From positions 1 through 48,579 of the forward strand of contig DATBCN010000055.1 in NCBI GenBank assembly GCA_036270475.1: a DNA stretch of 48,579 nucleotides, in the 5' to 3' direction. Below the pieces are notes generated by a model. That model was not told the origin of the DNA. It did no database searches and worked only from the letters and a program-made list of their open reading frames with translations. Source of the DNA: Candidatus Angelobacter sp. (lineage in GTDB: Bacteria > Acidobacteriota > Terriglobia > Terriglobales > Acidobacteriaceae). Shown here one piece after another: positions 1-7,588 of the stretch (position 1 is the first letter of the stretch; every line of letters starts with the position of its first letter). The translations under genes and the position numbers were made by a program.

Positions 1-108
1 CTGCAGTGGTTCGGAAGGTGGCAGAGCAACGGCATGCTGGAGCTCGAGACCCGCCAATTTGACACCATTGAATTGGATGCCGAGGAACTGGAAGCACTTT
101 TACAATAG
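1..108 (+). CDS. C-terminal fragment of an unidentified protein (gene enters from the left edge)
   Basis: Frame 1 is open from base 1 to TAG 106-108 (LQWFGRWQSNGMLELETRQFDTIELDAEELEALLQ*). Only 35 codons are present, so no family can be assigned. Confidence 0.3.
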   Translation: MQWFGRWQSNGMLELETRQFDTIELDAEELEALLQ

Positions 109-158
109 CTCACCCTGCGCGCCTAGTTGCGGCCTGCTGATGAATGGAGACCTAATCG

Positions 159-737
159 ATGACGAATGAAATTGCTGGATTACTCTCAAGGCATTTGCGG
201 CGGGCCTGGAGACTGGTGGAGTCATCCACGGCCGGAATGAGCGGAGACCAGATGACCTGGGCTCCGGAAGGAAAATGGTCCTCAGCCAATCTAATAGAAC
301 ATCTCTCGCTGGGTTTTTTGATTACAGCAAAGGGATGCAGGATGGTGCTGAGACAAGGCGGCCCGGGGCTGCCCAAACCCACGTTGTACCAGCGATGGCT
401 GGCTTTTCGTGTAATCGTGTTGGGCCATTTTCCCATGCGCGTGATTGCTCCCAAAATGGTATGCCCCAGAGGTATAAGCATGGAAGACGCCAAACGCAGC
501 CTTCTGGAGAACATGATAGAGATGGAGCGCATGATGTCGCAGTGCGAGGAAAAATTTGGCAGCAAGATCGAGATACTCTCTCATCCGTATCTTGGCCCGC
601 TTACAATCAGTCAGTGGCATAGGTTTCAGTTGTTCCATGTGCGGCGGCACATGAAACAACTGCATAAACTACGCCAACAGATGATCCAGGCCGCACGAGA
701 TAGCGCGAAAGCATCCGCTCGTCCGTCGCCGGCATGA
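159..737 (+). CDS. DinB-superfamily protein (DUF1569-like)
   Basis: 192-aa ORF. The C-terminal HPYLGPLTISQWHRFQLFHVRRHMKQL and the central SSANLIEHL resemble the DinB_2/DUF1569 four-helix-bundle family. Recognised by eye only. Confidence 0.55.
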   Translation: MTNEIAGLLSRHLRRAWRLVESSTAGMSGDQMTWAPEGKWSSANLIEHLSLGFLITAKGCRMVLRQGGPGLPKPTLYQRWLAFRVIVLGHFPMRVIAPKMVCPRGISMEDAKRSLLENMIEMERMMSQCEEKFGSKIEILSHPYLGPLTISQWHRFQLFHVRRHMKQLHKLRQQMIQAARDSAKASARPSPA

Positions 738-811
738 GTGCGCTGCTGACGCCAGATTCGCTCGTTGACCGAGCGGTTATTTGATTCCATCTTGAAGGTG
801 AGAGCTGCCTG

Positions 812-1765
812 ATGAGCGACTACGTCAGCCTGGATCGAATCAAAGCGGCCAGCACTGTCATTGATCCGGTATTTCGCGACACGCCCCTCGTTTGGCATGA
901 CGAGCTTGATGAACTGACAGGAGCGCGTGTTGTTGTAAAAGTGGAGACGGTAAATCCCATCCGCAGCTTTAAGGGTCGTGGAACTGACCTGTTTGTCCAG
1001 CGTCTGCCGTTCAATGGCCAACAGATGGTTGCAGCGTCCGCGGGTAACTTTGGCCAGGGCATGGCTTTTGCCGCGCGCAAAGCAGGCAGATCGCTAACCG
1101 TATTTGCGCCGGAGAATGGCAACCCCATGAAGATTACAGCCATGCGCCGTATGGGGGTTGACGTTCGTCTTGCCGGTTTTGATATGGATGAAGCCAAGGA
1201 AGTGGCTCGCAGCTACGCAAAAGAGACGAACGCGCTGTTTGTTGAAGATGGCGCTCACCCAGCTTTTGCCGAAGGCGCCGGAACAATTGCCAGGGAGTTA
1301 ACGGAAGCCGTCAGCCAGATTGATGCCATTGTTGTGCCCCTGGGCAATGGAGCTTTGCTCACGGGAATTGCCGTCTGGATGAAACACTGTGTTCCCCAAG
1401 CCAGCGTTTTAGGCGTGGTCGCACAGGGCGCTCCTGCAATGCAGCTCTCATTTGCCCACAAAAAGGTGGTAGAAACTGAACGCGTAAATACCGTTGCTGA
1501 CGGAATTGCCGTTCGTGTGCCAGTGCCTTTTTCCCTGGATGCAATGCACGGCGTAGTGGATGAAGTCCTGGCGGTGACTGACGAGCAAATGCTGCAAGCA
1601 ATGCGGCTAGCGCATCGCGTTTTGGGTCTGGTGGTAGAACCTGCCGGTATTGCCGGACTTGCAGCCATTCTGGCGGATAGATCGCGTTTCCGTGGCCAGA
1701 GAGTTGCCACAGTATTTGCCGGTGGAAATCTCTCGCCAACGCAGATGCGCAATTGGCTGTTTTGA
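812..1765 (+). CDS. PLP-dependent (fold type II) threonine/serine dehydratase family protein
   Basis: 317 aa. The PLP-lysine motif SFKGRG is in NPIRSFKGRGT. The ASAGNFGQG and glycine-rich GNGALLTG loops and the length are typical of catabolic threonine/serine dehydratases. Confidence 0.8.
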   Translation: MSDYVSLDRIKAASTVIDPVFRDTPLVWHDELDELTGARVVVKVETVNPIRSFKGRGTDLFVQRLPFNGQQMVAASAGNFGQGMAFAARKAGRSLTVFAPENGNPMKITAMRRMGVDVRLAGFDMDEAKEVARSYAKETNALFVEDGAHPAFAEGAGTIARELTEAVSQIDAIVVPLGNGALLTGIAVWMKHCVPQASVLGVVAQGAPAMQLSFAHKKVVETERVNTVADGIAVRVPVPFSLDAMHGVVDEVLAVTDEQMLQAMRLAHRVLGLVVEPAGIAGLAAILADRSRFRGQRVATVFAGGNLSPTQMRNWLF

Positions 1766-1784
1766 CGGAGTCGCGTTTGCTGAA

Positions 1785-1816
1785 AATCAATCCCTATATA
1801 AATCAATCCCTATATA
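1785..1816. repeat. Perfect 16-bp tandem duplication (AATCAATCCCTATATA x2)
   Basis: Bases 1785-1800 and 1801-1816 are identical. The repeat lies in the intergenic region 20 bp after the dehydratase stop. Confidence 0.9.
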
Positions 1817-1934
1817 TATTAAGGATGCTGCCGGTCGGCCACATGGGCACGTTTCCCGACGATGGAGTTTCTGGTTAGGTTAATCTTTTCAATCGGTTAA
1901 AGCACATAGCGTCTGGGAAATATTCTAAAACGAG

Positions 1935-1970
1935 GGTCCACGGGCGGACGCTCGAGTCCAGAAATGGATA
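1935..1970. promoter_or_regulatory. Dyad pair A: two TGTCCA-N4-TGGACA-like sites phased 20 bp apart (candidate enhancer/UAS)
   Basis: GGTCCAcgggCGGACG (1935-1950) and AGTCCAgaaaTGGATA (1955-1970). The half-site core, 4-nt spacer and 20-bp phasing match pairs B, C and D. The centre of the proximal site lies 83 bp upstream of the GG of the -24 element at 2045. Confidence 0.5.
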
Positions 1971-2042
1971 CTTAGCGATACCACGATAAGGTCTGCAAGC
2001 GGGTAAGTGTCCTTTTTTCAGCTACTTAATGACAGCCTAAAG

Positions 2043-2058
2043 CTGGCCAGAGAGATGC
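2043..2058 (+). promoter_or_regulatory. Candidate sigma-54 (-24/-12) promoter of ADOP permease 1
   Basis: CTGGCCAGAGAGATGC has GG at 2045-2046 and GC at 2057-2058. This is the canonical 12-nt GG-to-GC register of TGGCAC-N5-TTGC. It lies 44 nt upstream of the 2102 start. Confidence 0.5.
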
Positions 2059-2101
2059 TTCTTTTGAGGTATGCGAAAAGGCTTTATCAGGAGACCATAC
2101 A

Positions 2102-4561
2102 GTGCATACCCTGAAGCAAGACATCCAATATGCAGTCCGTCAGCTACTAAAAAATCCGTCGTTTGCCATTGTTGCCGTGCTGACATTGGCGCTTGGAATC
2201 GGAACGAACACTGCGATTTTTAGTGTTGTGAATGGCTGGCTGCGGCCGCTGCCGGTTCCCGATCCCAATCAAATCATGGTCCTGGCGGCCCAGCAAAAGG
2301 GCGACACACTGGGAATCTACTACTTCTCTTATGCGGACCTGGTTGACTTCCGCAAGCAAGCAGATTCTTTCTCGGATCTGTTTGGGTATCAGATTGGATT
2401 AGGTGGCTTCAGTGCTGGTGGCAGAGCTGAGCCACTGGTGTATAGCTATGTCACAGGAAATTTCTTTGCTGCTCTGGGAGTACAGCCTGCTGCCGGACGG
2501 CTTTTCCTGCCAAATGAGGGAGAGCAGCCAGGTGCAACGCCGATTGTTGTGCTGGGCTATTCCTATTGGCAAAAAAGGTTTGGCGGCGACGCTGGCGTGG
2601 TTGGCAAGCAAGTGCGGGTTGACGGAAATGCCGCCGTGGTCGTCGGCATCGCGCCAAAAGGGTTCCATGGCGTTGCTTCCAATGTAGACATGCAAGCCTA
2701 TCTGCCCTTGAGCATGATGGAGAGCGAGTCACGAGGAAAAGGTTTGTGGACGGACCGAAGTCAGAGAATTATTGCCGTATTGGGCAGGCTAAAACCTGGT
2801 TCAAGCCTGTTGCAGGCGCAAAGTGCCGTGAACTTGGTTGCCACTCGTCTGGCCAAGGAATACCCAAAGACAAATGATGGCGTCACGGTCAGCGTGGTGC
2901 CGGAAAAACTGGCGCGGCCCATACCGCGGCTTGCCAGCGCCATCCCTTTGATTGCGGGATTGTTTCTGGTTCTGGCCGGTGTGGTTTTGGTGCTGGCTTG
3001 TATGAATGTGGCAAACCTGATGCTGGTGCGGGCCACAACCCGGCAGCGTGAAATTTCCTTGCGCATGGCATTGGGCGCTACCCGGTCGCGAGTCGTGCGG
3101 CAATTACTCACGGAGAGCATTGTTCTGGCGCTGTTGAGCGCGTTCTCAGGCGTGTTTTTGGGAATGTGGGCGAGCGGCGCCATTGGCTCAATCAACCTTG
3201 GGACCAAGCTTCCGTTGGTGCTCGATTTCGGATTTGACTGGCGTGTTTTTGGTTATAGTCTGCTGGCTGCGCTGGTTACCGGAATGATTGTTGGTGCATG
3301 GCCGGCATTGCGCGCCGCGCGTGGCGGACTAAGTGCAGGACTGCAGGAAGGCGGGCGCGGAGGCTCCGCCAGCGCGGGCCGCCTGCGTGTACGCAGCTTG
3401 CTGGTAGTGGCGCAGGTGGCATGTTCTTTAATGCTGCTGATTGTTGCTGCCCGGTTTCTTCGCAGCCTGGATAAGGCCCAACACATGGCGCTCGGCTTTG
3501 AGCCAGACAACGTCATCAATGTAATGCTGGACCCTCATCAGGCTGGTTACGACCCAACGCGCGCGACTGAGTTCTATCGCGAGCTTGAACGTCGCGTGCG
3601 GGCCTTGCCCGGAGTGCAATCCACGAGCCAGGCTTTCAGCGTTCCCATGGGGAACTACAATGACGGCAGCCAGGTTTTTGTCGAGGGGCAGCCGTTACCT
3701 CCGGGCCAACAGCCGCCCCTGGTGTTTTTCAACCGGATAGGACCTGACTATTTTGAGACTGCCCGGACTCCGCTTCTGCGGGGACGCGCTTTCACTGAGG
3801 CGGACAATTTGTCTGTTCCACTGGTGGCGGTTGTGAATCAGTCCATGGCAGATCGATTCTGGCCCAATGAAGACGCATTGGGTAAACGCTTTAGCGCCAA
3901 GAGTTCGTCGGGGCCATTTCTCCAGGTAGTGGGAGTGGCCCATGACAGCAAACTCTTCGGCTATTTTTCCGGACCGCTACCTTACTATTATGTTCCCTTC
4001 AACCAAAACTTTACTTCCATGCGCATCTTGCAGGTGCGGTCTTCGGTCGTTCCAGAATCTTTGATCACGCAGGTAAAGCAGCAGATTCAGGGCCTTGATC
4101 CGGAAATGCCGGTTTCTGATCTGCAGACCATGAGAGAAGCGATGGCCGGAGGAAATGGTTTCCTCGTATTTCGGCTTGGAGCAGCTCTCACCGCAATCAT
4201 GGGAGTGCTGGGCTTTGTGATCGCGGTGGTGGGAGTTTATGGCGTTGTGTCTTTCGCGGCGGCCCAACGCACGCGGGAAATCGGTGTACGCATGGCGCTG
4301 GGAGCAAGTAAGGGCAACATTCTGACCCTGATTCTGGGACAGGGTGTGCGCCTAATCACTACGGGAGTGGTGCTGGGGCTGCTGGCTGCCTTTGCCCTGA
4401 CGCGCGCAATGACCAATTTATTAGTGGGCATTAGCGCGGCCGATCCAGGTACGTTTATACCGGTAACGTTGGTGTTGTTGATCGTCGCGGTTGGAGCGTG
4501 TTATTTGCCAGCGCGACGCGCCATGCGACTGGATCCTGTCGTGGCATTGCGATACGACTAG
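2102..4561 (+). CDS. MacB/FtsX-type ABC transporter permease, duplicated orphan (ADOP-like) family
   Basis: 819 aa. The N-terminal signature LKQDIQYAVRQLLKNPSFAIVAVLTLALGIGTNTAIFSVVNG is present. Two FtsX-like 4-TM blocks are each preceded by a large extracytoplasmic domain. There is no ATPase gene nearby. Confidence 0.85.
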   Translation: MHTLKQDIQYAVRQLLKNPSFAIVAVLTLALGIGTNTAIFSVVNGWLRPLPVPDPNQIMVLAAQQKGDTLGIYYFSYADLVDFRKQADSFSDLFGYQIGLGGFSAGGRAEPLVYSYVTGNFFAALGVQPAAGRLFLPNEGEQPGATPIVVLGYSYWQKRFGGDAGVVGKQVRVDGNAAVVVGIAPKGFHGVASNVDMQAYLPLSMMESESRGKGLWTDRSQRIIAVLGRLKPGSSLLQAQSAVNLVATRLAKEYPKTNDGVTVSVVPEKLARPIPRLASAIPLIAGLFLVLAGVVLVLACMNVANLMLVRATTRQREISLRMALGATRSRVVRQLLTESIVLALLSAFSGVFLGMWASGAIGSINLGTKLPLVLDFGFDWRVFGYSLLAALVTGMIVGAWPALRAARGGLSAGLQEGGRGGSASAGRLRVRSLLVVAQVACSLMLLIVAARFLRSLDKAQHMALGFEPDNVINVMLDPHQAGYDPTRATEFYRELERRVRALPGVQSTSQAFSVPMGNYNDGSQVFVEGQPLPPGQQPPLVFFNRIGPDYFETARTPLLRGRAFTEADNLSVPLVAVVNQSMADRFWPNEDALGKRFSAKSSSGPFLQVVGVAHDSKLFGYFSGPLPYYYVPFNQNFTSMRILQVRSSVVPESLITQVKQQIQGLDPEMPVSDLQTMREAMAGGNGFLVFRLGAALTAIMGVLGFVIAVVGVYGVVSFAAAQRTREIGVRMALGASKGNILTLILGQGVRLITTGVVLGLLAAFALTRAMTNLLVGISAADPGTFIPVTLVLLIVAVGACYLPARRAMRLDPVVALRYD

Positions 4562-4647
4562 TCCGGGAACTCTGCAATTCCGCCTTGCGATTTTTGTTGC
4601 GTATCACGGTCCAGACCAGTCGAACCTGGCTGCTCTGGGCCGTGTTT

Positions 4648-6117
4648 TTATTTTAACCGAGTGTATTTCAGATCAGCCTTGATGCCACTTTTGGGCTTCC
4701 CGCCGGCAGTAGTTTGCTGACCCAAAACCACGCACGCCGGAATCTTGATCTGTACTTCGCATCCTGCAGTGTCCGTTCTGTTCTGGATCGTCAATCTTCC
4801 GCCGTGCGCCTCAATGATCTGACGGCAAAGCACAAGGCCAATTCCGGTGCCGGTTTCCTTGGTGGTGTAGAAAGGCACAAAGAGATTTGAAGCGTCAAGC
4901 AGGCCCACGCCCCGGTCGCGCACCCAAAGCTCCAGATCATTCCCCGCGACACTCCAACTCATGCTGACGGCAGGCCCATCGTTAAAGGCGGGCATTCTCT
5001 CAATTGGATATTTTGTGATGACCGATTCAGTCCCATTCTTGGCGAGATTGATGAGCACCTGCTCAAGCTGGTCCGGGTCTACATTGATTGCGATATCAGG
5101 GCTGGGCAGCACCGTGACTGCGAGCCTTGCTTCCAGGCCGCTCACCCGCTCAGCCATATTTTTCAGGTCGATTGGGCGGCGCGTGGGTGGCGGCAGCTTG
5201 GATAGCTGGGCATAGCTTTGCAGAAAACGATTCAGCGCTTCCGCACGCGTGCCAATTACGTCGAGCCCAAGATCAAAGTCCTGATGGACCCTTTCCGGCA
5301 GCACGTTCTGTGACAGAATTCTACGCAGAGTGCGGGCCACCGATTTGATGGGAGCCAGAGAATTGTTGATCTCATGACTCAGCACGCGCACCATGCGCTG
5401 CCACGCCAGCCTCTCTTCCGCGCGCAACGCTTCTGACGCTTCAGAGAGCATTACCAGGTGGTGTGGGACGCCATTTTGGCGGAAGTGCGTGCGCCGCACG
5501 ATCCACCGCCTTTCAATGCCATTGGTGAGACGGGAAATCGTTTGCGACGTTGGACCGCCAAGAAGGTCGGCAATGCCTAATTCCCTGGCGTCCTGGTCTG
5601 CCAGCTCCTCTTCCCTCTTGCCGAGGAAGGCCGCAGCGGCGCGATTAAATAGTTTCAGCTTCCCATCGAGAGAAAAGGCCAGGATCACGCCTTCGGCTTC
5701 CGCAAGGACTTTGCGCAGAAGATTTTCCGCTTCCATCGTTCCCAGGCGCTCTGACTCCAGGGCCTGAGCCAGGTTGTTTATCTCGATTGCCAGGTCGCCC
5801 AGCGCGTCGCCAGAGACCGCGCGAGTGGCGCGAAAGGAGAAGTCGTCTTCCTTGAGAGATGCAACCACATTGGAAAGCACGCGGACGGAATTGACCACGC
5901 GATTACGCGCGGCAAATCCCAGGCCGAACCACAATAGTACGGAAAATACAGTGCCTTCAATCTTGTGGTCGAGCGAATAAGAGTTGCTCCAAAGCAGAAC
6001 GAAGCCCAAAATGGCGCAGGGAAGCCCCGTGCCAAGTACAGAAAGAAGCAATCGTCGTTCAAACGGCAGTGAAAACCGCCGCTTACTATTTTTCTTTCTT
6101 GACTGCGGAAGGAACAT
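4648..6117 (-). CDS. Sensor histidine kinase (2 TM, HAMP/PAS-like, HisKA, HATPase_c), NtrB/AtoS-like
   Basis: 489 aa. The H-box is LSHEINNSLAPI, the N-box NLAKNGTES, and the G-boxes DRGVGL and TGTGIGL. It overlaps the 3' end of the upstream response regulator gene by 32 nt. Confidence 0.85.
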   Translation of the reverse strand: MFLPQSRKKNSKRRFSLPFERRLLLSVLGTGLPCAILGFVLLWSNSYSLDHKIEGTVFSVLLWFGLGFAARNRVVNSVRVLSNVVASLKEDDFSFRATRAVSGDALGDLAIEINNLAQALESERLGTMEAENLLRKVLAEAEGVILAFSLDGKLKLFNRAAAAFLGKREEELADQDARELGIADLLGGPTSQTISRLTNGIERRWIVRRTHFRQNGVPHHLVMLSEASEALRAEERLAWQRMVRVLSHEINNSLAPIKSVARTLRRILSQNVLPERVHQDFDLGLDVIGTRAEALNRFLQSYAQLSKLPPPTRRPIDLKNMAERVSGLEARLAVTVLPSPDIAINVDPDQLEQVLINLAKNGTESVITKYPIERMPAFNDGPAVSMSWSVAGNDLELWVRDRGVGLLDASNLFVPFYTTKETGTGIGLVLCRQIIEAHGGRLTIQNRTDTAGCEVQIKIPACVVLGQQTTAGGKPKSGIKADLKYTRLK

Positions 6118-7588
6118 AGAGGCCGTGTTTTTCCATTCGCCGGTAGAATGTTCCCCGGCTCAGTCCCAGCACCTCGGCTGCCTGGCTCACGTTTCCGTTA
6201 TAGCGGGCCAGTGCCTTGCCGATCAACTGTGCTTCCACTTCTTCCAGGCTCAATTCAGCGAGATTGGCGGTTCGGGCATTGCTGGCAGAGGGAAGGCCCA
6301 AATGGTTCACGTCAATCTTCTCATCACGGCACATCAGGACGGCGCGTTCAATCGTGTGGTCCAGCTCCCTGACGTTTCCCGGCCAGTAATACTCCAGCAG
6401 TTTTTCCATTGCTTCCGGTGTGAAGCCATCAACCTGCTTGGTGTAGCGCTGGGTATATTTGTGGAGGAAATGTGAGGAGAGCGCGGGTATGTCTTCCCGC
6501 CTTTCGCGTAGAGGAGGTAAGGGAATTTCCACCGTATTCAGCCGGAACAACAAGTCTTCGCGGAAGCTTCCGTCGGCGCATGCGGCCTTAAGATTGGCAT
6601 TGGTGGCGGAAATTACACGCACGCTGACCTTCTGCGTCCGCGATGACCCCACGCGCTCCATTTCGCCGGTTTCAAGCACGCGCAAAAGCCTTGCTTGCTG
6701 CCGCATGGGAACGTTGGCAATTTCATCCAGGAACAATGTCCCGCCGTCGGCCATTTCAAAACGGCCAATGCGATCTGTGCGCGCGTCAGTAAAGGCGCCT
6801 CTTACATGGCCAAACAGCTCGCTTTCAAAAGTGCCTTCAGGCAGGCCGCCGGTATTCACTGTGATCAGCGGTTTATCCGCGCGGCGTGAAACCGCGTGCA
6901 ACATCTGTGCGACAACTTCCTTGCCGCTGCCATGTTCGCCGGTAATTAAGACGCTGGCATCAGACGGGCCAATTTGTGCAATCGCTTCGCTGACTGGCCG
7001 CATCGCGGGCGCCTGGGCCACAAAGGTGGTGCGGCCCTGGTTCCGCATCAACTGGTTTTCAGCCAACAGCCGCTGCCCTTGCCGCAAGGCCCTGTACAGC
7101 TCGGCATGGACCGTAATAGTGGAAACGAGCCGTTCGTCATCCCATGGTTTCTGGACGAAATCGCGGGCGCCGCGGCGCACTGCCGCAACGGCCAGATCAA
7201 TGGTGCCCCAGGCAGTCATGACGACAATGGGCAACTGGTTGTCAATTTCTCTCACCCGGTCAAGCAGTTCAATGCCCTCCCTGCCTGAAGTGGTGTCACG
7301 CGCGTAATTCAGATCAAGCAGCACGGCGTCATATTCCCGCAATGCCAGTGACTCCAGCACCACCTGGGGTGAGCGTACGGTGTCCACTTCAAAATGATGC
7401 GATCTGAACAACAATTTCAGCGCATCCAGCACGGCTGGCTGGTCGTCAGCTATCAGGACCCGGTAAGGCTGCTCATTGATACGCATAAGGGTATCGGTGT
7501 TGTCGGAGAGGAACGTTACACCAGGCCTTGAAAAGAAGCCGGTTGCGTCCACGAGCGATGGCAGGAAGCTCTCTCTGGTTTCCATCAC
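6086..7588 (-). CDS. Sigma-54-dependent response regulator (REC + AAA+ + Fis-type HTH), NtrC family
   Basis: The receiver is YRVLIADDQ...LLDLNY. Walker A is GEHGSGKE, the GAFTGA variant is GAFTDA, and Walker B is LFLDEI. The C-terminal HTH is GNVSQAAEVLGLSRGTFYRRM. The GTG at 7588 overlaps the permease stop (GTGA). An ATG at 7585 has a GAGGG SD 7 nt upstream, and M35 (7486) is a further possible start. Confidence 0.9.
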   Translation of the reverse strand: MMETRESFLPSLVDATGFFSRPGVTFLSDNTDTLMRINEQPYRVLIADDQPAVLDALKLLFRSHHFEVDTVRSPQVVLESLALREYDAVLLDLNYARDTTSGREGIELLDRVREIDNQLPIVVMTAWGTIDLAVAAVRRGARDFVQKPWDDERLVSTITVHAELYRALRQGQRLLAENQLMRNQGRTTFVAQAPAMRPVSEAIAQIGPSDASVLITGEHGSGKEVVAQMLHAVSRRADKPLITVNTGGLPEGTFESELFGHVRGAFTDARTDRIGRFEMADGGTLFLDEIANVPMRQQARLLRVLETGEMERVGSSRTQKVSVRVISATNANLKAACADGSFREDLLFRLNTVEIPLPPLRERREDIPALSSHFLHKYTQRYTKQVDGFTPEAMEKLLEYYWPGNVRELDHTIERAVLMCRDEKIDVNHLGLPSASNARTANLAELSLEEVEAQLIGKALARYNGNVSQAAEVLGLSRGTFYRRMEKHGLYVPSAVKKEK

